Shown here piece by piece: positions 1 through 10,217 of a DNA stretch of 64,000 bases. How positions within the stretch are numbered: position 1 is the stretch's first letter; every line of letters starts with the position of its first letter. Below the pieces are notes generated by a model. It saw nothing but the letters and a program-made list of their open reading frames with translations. It searched no databases and was not told where the DNA came from. The stretch lies in assembly GCA_050950765.1 (NCBI GenBank), contig JBMNIF010000003.1, positions 192,001 to 256,000 of the forward strand, written 5' to 3'. Source of the stretch: Bdellovibrionota bacterium. Its GTDB lineage: Bacteria > Bdellovibrionota_C > UBA2361 > JAAYZI01. Both the position numbers and the translations under genes were made by a program.

Positions 1-982
1 GTGGTTGATATCTCTTACTAATTTCAGCTATCGCTGCAATATGTTGCGGCGTTGTGCCACAACAGCCACCGACAATATTCACCAACCCCTCTGCCATAAA
101 CTCAGCCAGATTTTCAGCAAACATCTGTGGAGTTTCATCATACCCACCTATTTCATTAGGCAAACCCGCATTAGGGTGTGCTGAGATTAATACATCTGCC
201 TGCGAGGAAAGCTCTTGAATATGTGGCTTTAACTGTTTTGCTCCAAGCGCACAATTAAATCCGATGCTGATTAAGGTCGGTATATGTTGCAAGGAGAAGA
301 GAAAGGCTTGCGGTGTTTGCCCTGATAAGGTTCTGCCACTCTGATCCGTTATCGTTCCAGAAATCATTACAGGTATATTAGTACCCACCTCTTTTGAAAG
401 CTTAGCAATAGCGTAAGCAGCTGCTTTAGCATTAAGGGTGTCAAAGATCGTTTCAATCAATAAAGCATCAGACCCCCCCTCCCACAGACCTTTTGCAGCG
501 TAACCATAAGCATCGACCAATTCATCAAAGGTAATATCTCTTTTTCCAGGATCGTTTACATCAGGTGAGATGGAAGCAGATTTTGAGGTCGGCCCCAAAA
601 CGCCACAGACGAAACGGGGCTTTTGAAGATCTTGTGTTGTAAATTCATCAGCTGCTGCACGTGCGATTGCGGCACCGTAATAATTTAATTCAAAGACCGT
701 TTTCGGATCGATCTGATAATCCGCCTGCGAGATTGTAGTAGAATTAAAGGTATTTGTTTCTATCAGATCAGCACCGGCAGCTAGATAGCTCTTATGGATC
801 TCTTTAATAATTTCCGGCTTAGTAATGTTTAAAATATCGTTGTTACCTTTTAACTCCTGAGGGTGATCTATAAAACGTTTGCCTCTAAAGTCTTTTTCAG
901 AGAGAGCATACCCTTGAATCATAGTGCCCATTGCACCATCAAGGATCAGAATTCTTTTTTTTGCACCTTCTAAAATTGACAT
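1..982 (-). CDS. metH: Cobalamin-dependent methionine synthase, N-terminal homocysteine S-methyltransferase domain (runs off window start)
   Basis: Manual translation from ATG at 982: MSILEGAKKRILILDGAMGTMIQ...KGNNDIL...YLAAGADLIETNTFNST, a typical MetH N-terminus; not in the ORF track because it is truncated. Confidence 0.93.
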   Translation of the reverse strand, partial: MSILEGAKKRILILDGAMGTMIQGYALSEKDFRGKRFIDHPQELKGNNDILNITKPEIIKEIHKSYLAAGADLIETNTFNSTTISQADYQIDPKTVFELNYYGAAIARAAADEFTTQDLQKPRFVCGVLGPTSKSASISPDVNDPGKRDITFDELVDAYGYAAKGLWEGGSDALLIETIFDTLNAKAAAYAIAKLSKEVGTNIPVMISGTITDQSGRTLSGQTPQAFLFSLQHIPTLISIGFNCALGAKQLKPHIQELSSQADVLISAHPNAGLPNEIGGYDETPQMFAENLAEFMAEGLVNIVGGCCGTTPQHIAAIAEISKRYQP

Positions 983-1022
983 AACGGAGTAGGAAGAACC
1001 ACAACGGGAAGTGAGTTGAGAG

Positions 1023-1057
1023 CGGTGCGGATAACTTTTCTCACTACTTCCGCACCG
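1023..1057. terminator. Hairpin between hsp20 and metH
   Basis: Perfect 9-bp inverted repeat CGGTGCGGA / TCCGCACCG; no strong U tract. Confidence 0.35.
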
Positions 1058-1071
1058 ACACAGAATATCTT

Positions 1072-1497
1072 CTATGCAATAGTGATCTTTTTAACTTGCG
1101 TACTGGATGACTTTACTAAACGAATTTTCAAAACTCCATCTTTCAATTCGGCAGACGGATCATCTGTTGCTGATAAGGCTGAAAAATCAAAGCTCCTGCT
1201 CCCGACCATAGCCCCCCTTTCTTGTAAGAGATAATCTTTTTCCACCTCTTCCTCTTCAGGATCTGTAACAGTAATAATTAATTTTCCACCTTCAAGACTA
1301 ACAGCAATATTCTCTTTCTCCACACCAGGGAGATCCACCTGCACAAGATAAGCATCACCCTCCTCAATGACATCAGCAACGAACGGTCGTCTTCCGGTAA
1401 AAGAAGAGATCTGACGTTCTGCCATTTTTATAGCATCACCAACAGATGAAGAGAGATTATCAATAATATTTCCAATTCCTTGATCTCTTAACACCAT
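1072..1497 (-). CDS. Hsp20/alpha-crystallin small heat shock protein
   Basis: DVIEEGDAYLVQVDLPGVEKENIAV...ERG...RSF...AELKDGVLKI motifs; start moved to ATG 1497, which has a GGGAGG RBS. Confidence 0.9.
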   Translation of the reverse strand: MVLRDQGIGNIIDNLSSSVGDAIKMAERQISSFTGRRPFVADVIEEGDAYLVQVDLPGVEKENIAVSLEGGKLIITVTDPEEEEVEKDYLLQERGAMVGSRSFDFSALSATDDPSAELKDGVLKIRLVKSSSTQVKKITIA

Positions 1498-1734
1498 TTT
1501 AGCCTCCCTATATTCGTAGGATTTAACAACGACAGAGCTAGTATAACCGCTAAAAATAGCGCTGCACAACTGGCACTTTTTTATCCAAAAAAGTATTATT
1601 TTAAAAGAGGCATGAGGATAAAAGTTAAAAACAATCCCTACGAAATGTAACTTTTGGGATGTTTTTAAGGTACGCAAACAGAAGGATTAAAATACTCTTG
1701 CCTACTTTTAACTCTTACGGAAGAATCGACTTCT

Positions 1735-2772
1735 ATGAAAATTATCTTACGCTTTTTTATCTTAGCTATTGTTATAGCGATCGTTGTACTTGGGGTCGGA
1801 GGATACACCTATCACCAATTAAAACTTTGGGGCACGCGCGTTACCCCCTTAGAGCAAGCAGTAGTAATTGATCTAAAAAAAGGTTCTTCCTTAAGGGAGT
1901 TCAGTAAGCAGCTAGAGAGCGCCCAGTTGATCGATAAAGCTATTAAGTTTGAAGTTTGGACACGCCTTTTCTCTTCATATTCCCGTTTTCAAGCTGGTCC
2001 ATATCGCTTTAAAAATAAAGTTTCTCCCCGCTTGATAGCAAGGAAGGTGATAAAGGGTGATGTTTATCGTCCTGTCGTCTTTAAGATTACCATCCCAGAA
2101 GGGTTCACATACAAACAATTTGCTGCAAGAATGCAGCAGCAAGGTGTCGGAGATGAAGAAGAATTTAAAGCTCTTTTTACAGATAAGGATCTTTTGTCGG
2201 AGTTGAATGTACCCTCCACTTCACTAGAAGGCTTTTTATATCCGGCTACATACTCTTTTATTTATATGCCTACTGCAAAAGATGTAATAAGAAAGAGTGT
2301 AAAAACTTTTTACCACAACCTGCCTGAGAATTACGTTGAACACCTTGCGCCACTCGGAATAAACCTCCTCCAAGCAGTTACGATAGCGTCATTAATTGAG
2401 TTAGAGACTCCGCAGAGATCAGAGAAGCCCCTTATTTCAGAGGTCATCTGGCGCAGATTAAAAGCTGCCATGCCACTAGGTATTGATGCCGCTATTATTT
2501 ACGGCATACCTGATTATAACGGCAACATTTCAGCCAAACACCTAGCAGATGCTACAAATCCCTACAACACAAGGATCCATAAAGGGCTACCGCCAACGCC
2601 GATAGGTTCTCCTGCGCTAGATTCGTTAATGGCAGTTATACACTATGCAGACGCTGGGAATTATTATTTTGTAGTAGATCCGGATAATCCGAAGCGTCAT
2701 ATTTTCTCCAAAAACTTTAAAGAACACTCTAAAAACGTGCGCAAATATGTCGCTGCAATAAAACGTCGTTAA
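1735..2772 (+). CDS. mltG: Endolytic transglycosylase MltG (YceG family)
   Basis: N-terminal TM helix; TIPEG, LEGFLYPATY, IASLIELE, PYNTRIHKGLPPTPI motifs. Confidence 0.93.
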   Translation: MKIILRFFILAIVIAIVVLGVGGYTYHQLKLWGTRVTPLEQAVVIDLKKGSSLREFSKQLESAQLIDKAIKFEVWTRLFSSYSRFQAGPYRFKNKVSPRLIARKVIKGDVYRPVVFKITIPEGFTYKQFAARMQQQGVGDEEEFKALFTDKDLLSELNVPSTSLEGFLYPATYSFIYMPTAKDVIRKSVKTFYHNLPENYVEHLAPLGINLLQAVTIASLIELETPQRSEKPLISEVIWRRLKAAMPLGIDAAIIYGIPDYNGNISAKHLADATNPYNTRIHKGLPPTPIGSPALDSLMAVIHYADAGNYYFVVDPDNPKRHIFSKNFKEHSKNVRKYVAAIKRR

Positions 2773-2992
2773 TATGCTTTTTTACACGGTTTTTTACATG
2801 AAAGATCTATTATTTTTTTAATTATCGAACAGGTTTACCTTGCTGATAAGATAGCAAAGTGTAATAGTTTAGAGGTTGTTTATAAACATTAGTTTTAGTA
2901 TGCGCTAAGATTAAGTGTTTACTTTTCAGATCGATCTCCTTGTATTAAATGATCGGTCGTGCGCTTTTTTTTCTTCCATTTTGGAGTGTCAG

Positions 2993-3700
2993 ATGCGTTT
3001 ACGTAATTTAGTTACAATATTATTAACTTTGGTTGCTACTCCGGCAGGAGCAGAAGAACCTGCTGTCAAACTTACTACTGATGCAGAGAAGCTTAGCTAC
3101 GCCATTGGAGTTGATATGGTTGAGGCGATGGATCAGATGCCGAAGGATCTAAATCTAAATAGAGAGCTTGTTGTAAGGGGTCTTCAGGATGCCTTAAAAG
3201 GCAAGGAAGTTTTAACTTCTGACGAGAGAAAGAAGATCAAGATCGATTTTGGAAAAAAGATGCAGGAAGAGATGGAAAAAAAGATTGAAGAGAAACGGAA
3301 CGAAAATATCGCTAAAGGCAAGGAGTTTTTAGAGAAGAACAAAGTTCGCCCTGAAGTGAAGACCACCGCTAGCGGACTTCAATATGAAATACTTACGGAA
3401 GGTACAGGTGAACAACCACAAGCAACTGATACAGTGAGTGTTCATTATAAAGGTTTTCTTATAAATGGCGAAGAGTTCGACAGCTCATATGCTCGTAAAC
3501 AACCAGCTTCATTTCCACTTAACGGCGTTATTAAAGGCTGGGGCGAAGGTGTGCAGTTAATGAAAGTAGGTTCTAAGTTCAAATTTTATCTACCTTCAGA
3601 TCTCGCTTATGGAGAACGTGGAGCTCCACCAAAAATCGGACCAAATGAAACTTTAATTTTTGAAGTTGAATTATTAAGTATCACTCCTTCAACGAAGTAG
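2993..3700 (+). CDS. FKBP-type peptidyl-prolyl isomerase (FkpA/Mip-like) with signal peptide
   Basis: LSYAIG N-domain; TASGLQY, VHYKG, FDSSY, VIKGW, LAYG, TLIFEVELL; ATG 2993 starts a signal-like sequence. Confidence 0.93.
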   Translation: MRLRNLVTILLTLVATPAGAEEPAVKLTTDAEKLSYAIGVDMVEAMDQMPKDLNLNRELVVRGLQDALKGKEVLTSDERKKIKIDFGKKMQEEMEKKIEEKRNENIAKGKEFLEKNKVRPEVKTTASGLQYEILTEGTGEQPQATDTVSVHYKGFLINGEEFDSSYARKQPASFPLNGVIKGWGEGVQLMKVGSKFKFYLPSDLAYGERGAPPKIGPNETLIFEVELLSITPSTK

Positions 3701-3728
3701 TCACTACTTAATACAAAGTTGATACAAT

Positions 3729-3823
3729 AAGTGCCTCTTTATCGATTCAATCAAAGCGCAAAATAAAGCGTTGAACGATAAGAGGCACTTCATAATGATA
3801 AGTGACGATAAGGTTTATCGTCA
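3729..3823. terminator. Two hairpins between convergent genes
   Basis: AAGTGCCTCTT...AAGAGGCACTT long interrupted stem (3729-3790) and perfect TGACGATAA-GGT-TTATCGTCA (3803-3823). Confidence 0.5.
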
Positions 3824-3883
3824 GATTTTATAATGTAAAAAATTATAATTATATTATAACTACAAAAGTTTTAATTTATATAT

Positions 3884-4186
3884 CTACAAAATCCTATTCG
3901 GAGTAGCTAACGACCTAGCAATCTGCAAGCCGCCTTCTGTTATCTGCCACATCTTGGAGGTAAAATCTCCAGCAGGATTTGGAGAAACAAACTTGTGACC
4001 TTCTAATATAAATAAAGATCGTTGTGCTTCACCCTCATCACTACCTAATGCAGCTGCCAGTTCTTGAATATGATATTGTCGAACACTATGCGCATCAGCT
4101 CCCTCTGACATCTTTCTAAGAAGCGCTATCTGCGGGATTAGCCGATCTGCATCATTATTTTTTTTTCCTGTTTTGGAGTTGGTCAT
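3884..4186 (-). CDS. Small hypothetical protein, possibly winged-helix
   Basis: 100-aa ORF with GAGGA RBS; IQELAAALG...LEGHKFV...WQITEGG pattern resembles a wHTH. Confidence 0.6.
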   Translation of the reverse strand: MTNSKTGKKNNDADRLIPQIALLRKMSEGADAHSVRQYHIQELAAALGSDEGEAQRSLFILEGHKFVSPNPAGDFTSKMWQITEGGLQIARSLATPNRIL

Positions 4187-4380
4187 ATAAATTATCTTTC
4201 CTCACAAAAAAATACTTATAAAAAGGGACACTGAAGGATATAACACTATCTCAAATAAAGCAAGGCGAACGGTATTTTACGCTATGCCTCATTGTTAGTG
4301 TCGCCGCACGAAAAAGGTTTAGGGAACTTTCGGGGGGTGCTAGTTATAGCAGTTTTACTCCTTCAGAGGGCAATTTAACT

Positions 4381-5034
4381 TTATTCCCCCAACTGTTGTT
4401 CAACTAAGCGAGTATATTCATCTTCAAGATCCTGTTTCTGCTGTTTAATCTGAGTTAGGCGTTCATTAATGGAGGCATGCTCGGTTATTAGATCCCTAAG
4501 CAAGGCACCGGCAGAGCTTAAAACTTTTGAGAGATCATCTAGGACATCTTTCTGATCAGGAGTTAGCTCCAACTCCTGAACCATCCCATCCAACTCCTTT
4601 AAAGCCTCTGCCAAACAGCGTTCTAATGCTACGGACTCCGTCGAGATATCCTCATAAGAAGACAATAGACCGGCCAATCTTGACTCATCTTCCTCATTGG
4701 AAGATTTCAGCTCTTGCTGTTGTGCTTCTTTTTTCTCAACGAGCTCCTGAGCTTGATCTAGTTTTGACTCAATCCCCTCTAGGCAGGCACGCCCCTTCTC
4801 TAAGTCTTCGGTAACCTGCTTAAGCATATTAGTTAGCGTTTCCAACTGAGCCTTTGAAGCACACATCTCACCACTTTTAATTAAGTTGGCGATCGTTTCT
4901 TCAATTTTTTTAATATTACTGATGGTCGCATCCTTTGAAGAACTTTGAGAAGCTCCCATTTCTTTATAAACAAAGAATGCAGCACCAACTATAATTACTA
5001 TAGCCACTATTAGAGCAATAATAAGTCCTGTCAT
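4381..5034 (-). CDS. Membrane-anchored coiled-coil protein
   Basis: N-terminal hydrophobic helix followed by heptad-rich E/L/Q/K sequence. Confidence 0.75.
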   Translation of the reverse strand: MTGLIIALIVAIVIIVGAAFFVYKEMGASQSSSKDATISNIKKIEETIANLIKSGEMCASKAQLETLTNMLKQVTEDLEKGRACLEGIESKLDQAQELVEKKEAQQQELKSSNEEDESRLAGLLSSYEDISTESVALERCLAEALKELDGMVQELELTPDQKDVLDDLSKVLSSAGALLRDLITEHASINERLTQIKQQKQDLEDEYTRLVEQQLGE

Positions 5035-5130
5035 TATTTCACCTACCTAAAGTGATAAAAAACGCACTCAAACTTACACTATGTTGTAGCAGAATTACAA
5101 AATACTGAATACAGGGAAAAAAATTTTCTT

Positions 5131-5525
5131 AAAATGTTATGGTTCTTATAGTGGACACATATTTAGTGTCTGTTGGGAAATACCAATTTCTAGGGGAAAA
5201 AGATCTTCGCAAAATGTTATGGTTCTTATAGTGGATACGTATTTAGTATCTGTTGGAAAATACCAATTTCTAGGGGAAAAAGATCTTCGCAAAATGTTGT
5301 GGTCTTATACTAGACACCTAATTATATAAAAACAGGGGGTGTAAGATTTTCAAGGAGGAAAAAACTTTCTTGAGATGTTGTGGTTCTTATAGTGGGTACG
5401 TATTTAGTGTCTGTTGGGAAATACCAATTTCTAGGGGAAAAAGATCTTCGCAAGATGTTGTGGTTCTTATAGTGGGCACATATTATACTAAGCAGGAGGT
5501 CGTAAGATTTTTAAACAATTTTTCT
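5131..5525. repeat. Five tandem ~80-bp units (pattern A-A-B-A-B) in a divergent intergenic region
   Basis: Units start at 5131, 5211, 5291, 5372 and 5452; shared block ATGTTRTGGTTCTTATAGTGG (degenerate in unit 3); A units end TACCAATTTCTAGGGGAAAAAGATCTTCGC. Confidence 0.9.
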
Positions 5526-5577
5526 TACAATCCCTCAAAATTTTAGCCTCAAATTTAAAATTTTAGGAGAATAAGTT

Positions 5578-6745
5578 ATGCCAAGTCGATTTTTTAGTTT
5601 TTTTATTTTCCTTTACTCTCTTACCATCAATCTTCAACCGGCATATGCTGACGAAGCAGCCAATATTAAAGCATTAGAGCAAACAGGGTGTACAGCTGAA
5701 ATCCTGATGGAGGCTGAAAGTGGTGACATAATCTATGAGATAAATTCAGATAAGCCCCTACCACCTGCTTCTATGGTAAAAATAATGACCACATATATTA
5801 CACTACAACAGGTAAAAAGTGGTGATTTAAAATGGGACGATATAGTTACGACATCGGCGTTTGCCTCTAAGATCGGGGGTTCTCAGGTTTATTTAAGAGA
5901 GAAGGAGCAATTTACTTTACGTCAGATGCTTGATGCCGTTTTGATTCAATCAGCGAACGATGCTGCTACTGCCATAGCCGAGCATATCGCTGGTTCTCAA
6001 GAGGGGTTTGTTGAATTGATGAATGCAGAGGCTGCAAGGTTAGGGATGAAGAACACCTCATTTCATTCTGCTCACGGACTTCCGCCAGCTAAGGATCAAT
6101 TACCTGACCTCGTTTCCGCACGTGATATGGCGATCCTTTCTAGGGCGCTAATCACAGATTTTCCCGAAGTTTTAGAGACGACTTCTAAAAAAGAGGCGGG
6201 CTTTAGAGATGGAACATTTATTATGCGCAATCACAACCACCTCCTGCATAGATTTCCAGGTTGTGACGGTATAAAGACAGGTTACTATGCGAAAGCTGGA
6301 TTCGGTGTTTCTACGACTGCCCTAAGAAAAGGGGGTGCGGCTAATTGCCGTCGTAATGGGATGTCAAAAACGCGACAAGCGCGATGCTGAGGCAGCACGT
6401 CTTCTTTCAAGTGGCTTTGCAAAATATCGTGCTCTAAATATCGTAAAGAAAGGAGAGGCGATAGCGGAGAAAGTTCCTGTCATTGATGCTTTGGAGAGAG
6501 AGATTTCGCCTATTGCTAAAGATGATATTAAAGTTATTATCAAAGCAGAAGATCGGGAGAACGTAGTAACAGATATTAAACCTTGTGAAAAAGTAACGGC
6601 ACCGGTGGAAAAAGGCTCAACTTGTGGTGAGATAACGGTATCTTTAAATGGTACTGTTATAGGCAGGACAGATCTTATTATCGATAAGGATCTGTCAAGG
6701 TTAGGTTTTAAGGACCGCTGGCTGCGCAAGATCGGGTGGTTCTAA
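5578..6745 (+). pseudogene. dacA: D-alanyl-D-alanine carboxypeptidase (peptidase S11, DacA-like) split by a +1 frameshift
   Basis: SMVK, SAN and KTG motifs in 5578-6390; C-terminal domain continues in another frame (RLIAVVMG..., 6335-6745); junction at AAAAGGGGGT (~6327-6336). Confidence 0.85.
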
Positions 6746-6825
6746 CGTATCGCACTAGATTTAATCTGATGGCGTTAAGTTTAGTGCGTGTCACTCCCTT
6801 CAGGGGCTCTAGCCCTTCAGGGGCA

Positions 6826-7990
6826 GTTGAGCGGGCGATACTACAAAACGACTTAGCTAGACCTGTACGGGGGGGTAAAAATCTGGTGCCACCCTTTGGT
6901 TTGCGCTTTGGGTTGGCTAGGCACTGGTGCCACCCACCAGTGCTAAAAGACTCTAAAATCACAACAGCTAATAATATCAAGACGTTGGCAAAAACCAAAA
7001 ATCTGGTAGTTTTGGTGCCACCCTTCAGTTGGGGCAGTTCAGCTAGCTTTGTCACTGGTGCCACCCTTTAGTGACGACTGGATGGGCTGATACTACAGAA
7101 CGACTTAGCTAGACCTGTACGGGGGTTAAAAATCTGGTGCCACCCTTTAGTTTTGCCGCTTTGGGGCTAGGCTTTGGTGCCACCCTTTAGTTTTACCGCT
7201 TTGGGTTGGCTGGTAGTTTTGGTGCCACCCTTCAGTTTGGGCAGTTATCACTGGTGCCACCCTTTGGTTTGGCAGTTTTGGTGTTTGGCAGTTTTGGTGC
7301 CACCCTTTAGTGACGACTGGACGGGCTGATACTACAAAACGACTTAGCTAGACCTGTACGGGGGGTAAAAATCTGGTGCCACCCTTCTGTTTTACCGCTT
7401 TGGGTTGGCTAGGCTTTGGTGCCACCCTTCTGTCTATGGCTGAATGGCTGGTGCCACCCACCAGTGCTAAAAGACTCTAAAATCACAACAGCTAATAATA
7501 TCAAGACTTTGGCAAAAACCCAAAATTCGGTAGTTTTGGTGCCACCCTTCAGTTTTACCGCTTTGAGTTGGCTAGGCTTTGGTGCCACCCTTTAGTGACG
7601 ACTGGGCGGGCTGATACTACAAAACGACTTAGCTAGACCTGTACGGGGGTTAAAAATCTGGTGCCACCCTTTAGTTTTGCCGCTTTGGGGCTAGGCTTTG
7701 GTGCCACCCTTTAGTTTTACCGCTTTGGGTTGGCTGGTAGTTTTGGTGCCACCCTTCTGTTTTACCGCTTTGGGTTGGCTAGGCTTTGGTGCCACCCTTC
7801 TACTCTACCACCTTTAAAAAATCCTTAGGTACTTTTTCTAGGTACTTTTTTAAAAGCACTCTTCTGAACAATTCTTCTTATATTTCAATATGTTAACTTT
7901 TAGCACAACCAATTTTTAACAAAAAATCAGAAAAAACTCGGAAGTCAGCTAACGGAGAACGGTTAAAAAAACTGGTGCCACCCTTTAGCG
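6826..7990 (+). repeat. Mosaic array A: 19 exact TGGTGCCACCC cores with reused spacer modules
   Basis: Cores at 6884, 6925, 7013, 7056, 7135, 7175, 7220, 7252, 7295, 7374, 7417, 7449, 7537, 7580, 7659, 7699, 7744, 7787, 7973; between convergent genes. Confidence 0.95.
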
Positions 7991-7993
7991 TTA

Positions 7994-8485
7994 TCACCTT
8001 ACATATTCTTTAACGATATCCAAATCATTATCAACACCTTTAACAACACCATCAGGACCGATGATCACGATAGTTGGTATCGCAATCATACGAAATGAAA
8101 CATAAGCCTCATCACGAACATCATTACCGGAGAAGGCGTGTTTTACTCCATCCAACCCTTGCAAATAAATCATATTTTTTAAGGTTGATAATCTATCAAA
8201 TCTGTCAATACTGACCGCAATAAATTCAGTATTCGGATTTTTATGTGTTCGGGCATAATCGCTTAATTCAGTGATAAGAGTTTTTGAACGACTACACCAC
8301 GTCGCCCAAAACATTAAAACGACCGTCTTGCCACGGTATCGACGTAAAGAAACATAATCACCGTCAAGGAATGAAACCCTTGCCGCAGGAGCTGTTTTAT
8401 TCACTAAAGCTAACGTTTCATCAGAGATAGTTGAGCAACCTGTTAATAGAGAAAATAATAAGGAGGCTAAAAATATCTTTTTCAT
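7994..8485 (-). CDS. TlpA/ResA-like thioredoxin-fold lipoprotein (CxxS)
   Basis: Lipobox LLTGC; YRGKTVVLMFWATWCSRS; IPTIVIIGPDG. Confidence 0.85.
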   Translation of the reverse strand: MKKIFLASLLFSLLTGCSTISDETLALVNKTAPAARVSFLDGDYVSLRRYRGKTVVLMFWATWCSRSKTLITELSDYARTHKNPNTEFIAVSIDRFDRLSTLKNMIYLQGLDGVKHAFSGNDVRDEAYVSFRMIAIPTIVIIGPDGVVKGVDNDLDIVKEYVR

Positions 8486-8671
8486 GATCAATAAATCCAA
8501 AATGATAGACAAAAAAAGTTGAAAGATTTTTTTCCTTTCAGTGACAGACTTGACTACCTCAAACGCGGTAATCTAGATCTATAAAAATACGATCGCAACA
8601 AACAAAAAGCATTTACCATTTTAAGCGGTGTACTTCACTTGGAAGGGTTCCATTGCAGCAGTAGAGACTTC

Positions 8672-9256
8672 TTACAGTTCAACAACTTCTCGACCTATCC
8701 GATCAAGGAGTTGTACAGGCTGCGGACGCATCATCCATAAAAGAAGGATACTAAAAACAGTGAGGAGAAGAGCACTGCCCACGCTCTTTAAAACAGTCAC
8801 ACTAAGCACAAAGCCCACTGAGGATATTAACCCAGCAAGCCCATAACAGATAATTAAAAAGGGGGTGTACCTTCTAAGGACTTCAATAATTCTCACCTCC
8901 CTTTCTGTAATCTCCTCTACTGCTGCCGTAGGTATAGCAAGTTTTATATTGTTTTTTAGGGCTGCTATAAATCCTTCAGAAAAGTTAGTTTTTTGATATA
9001 TTTTCTTCAAAAATTTTGTAGAATCGATCCTTTTACAGATATAAAAAACAACGAGTACCCATAATAAAGCAAAAAAATACCGTGGCATTATAAAAAACAC
9101 ATCGCTGGATGGCAGCTCACCTCTTTCGACGGCATATTCAACCATAGAATTGCAGACGAAAAGATTTATTAGATCTCCCATTATAATAGAGCCCCATACG
9201 ATCGTAAGCACTATCTGTTGTTTTTTGACATATTTAGTTGTCGCACTTGAAAGCAT
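8672..9256 (-). CDS. Hypothetical membrane protein
   Basis: 194-aa ORF with about four hydrophobic segments; AAGGTG RBS-like sequence upstream. Confidence 0.65.
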   Translation of the reverse strand: MLSSATTKYVKKQQIVLTIVWGSIIMGDLINLFVCNSMVEYAVERGELPSSDVFFIMPRYFFALLWVLVVFYICKRIDSTKFLKKIYQKTNFSEGFIAALKNNIKLAIPTAAVEEITEREVRIIEVLRRYTPFLIICYGLAGLISSVGFVLSVTVLKSVGSALLLTVFSILLLWMMRPQPVQLLDRIGREVVEL

Positions 9257-9339
9257 ATCTGCACACCTTTTAATAAAGCATAAATAGTAACTTCTTTCTT
9301 GTTAATATAATAAGATAAGATCTAGACTCCCTTCAATCT

Positions 9340-9812
9340 GATATTTTTAAAAACCTTTTATCGCTCGATAAGGCCCTAATATCTTGTCTATTGTTGATTT
9401 ACTGATTGATAAAAGCAGCGCCTTTGATTCTTCCTTATATTGCCTAATTTCGACCTCCTCTAGCCCTTTCATCCAAGCTGCCATGTCAGCTTTCATAATT
9501 GCTGAACAGGGATACTCTTTTATTCGCCACACCTGCCTAAGAGCTTGCTAAATTTTGGATCTTCGTACTATTTGATCGCACAAGATGTCTAATTTTACAC
9601 GGCAACCAACATTTTTGGGCTTACTTAGACGCAATGATTGATGTCCAGTTTATTTTCAACCTTCTTTAAATATTCCTCTTTCTTCTTCTTATTTGCACTC
9701 TGATATTTACGCCTAACGTATTCTAAAAAATACTCTTTTTCCTCTTTGTCCATACCCTCTTTGTCCATAATCCCTCCCCACTATTTCAGTGACATTAATT
9801 ACAAGCCATAAC
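9340..9812 (-). pseudogene. Degenerate transposase remnant (integrase-fold, ISNCY-like N-terminus)
   Basis: Fragments MDKEEKEYFLEYVRRKYQSANKKKK and W..KEYPCS...LLLSISKSTIDKILGPYR, interrupted by stops and frameshifts, resemble the N-terminus of ISNCY-type transposases. Confidence 0.55.
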
Positions 9813-10217
9813 GTAAGAATATAAAAATTTACTTAGTTTTTGAAAGCTAGTAAAATACCAGCGGTAAATATTGGTGCAATAAGTATCGATATTTATTTGC
9901 TGACATTGGCGCTTTGCACTGGCATTGCGTCAACAAGGTTCATACTGAATGTTTCACAATAAATAATCGAATTCGATTATCGTGAGGATTTGGTGTGTCT
10001 AAAAGTGCAAAAACAGTCTGCCTAGCGCAGTAGCTTTTACAGCTACGGTGATCTTGGCAGTGTATGTATGGTGTGCTGCTTGGTTGTATTGACTTCTTAC
10101 TAACTTAAAGAGAGTCAAGATAATTACAGCATAAAAAATGAAGCAATTATACTTTTAGCGTAATTGCTTTAAAACAATCCGCTAGTACTAGCTTCTGCTA
10201 GTTAGGAAGGACTTGCT

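Noticed and set aside
5131..5525. CRISPR array
   Set aside because: The variable parts are themselves repeated (only two types) and there are no cas genes
6884..7983. CRISPR array interpretation of the core-spacer arrays
   Set aside because: The core is only 11 bp, spacer lengths vary widely (about 20-175 bp), spacers are reused, and no cas genes are present
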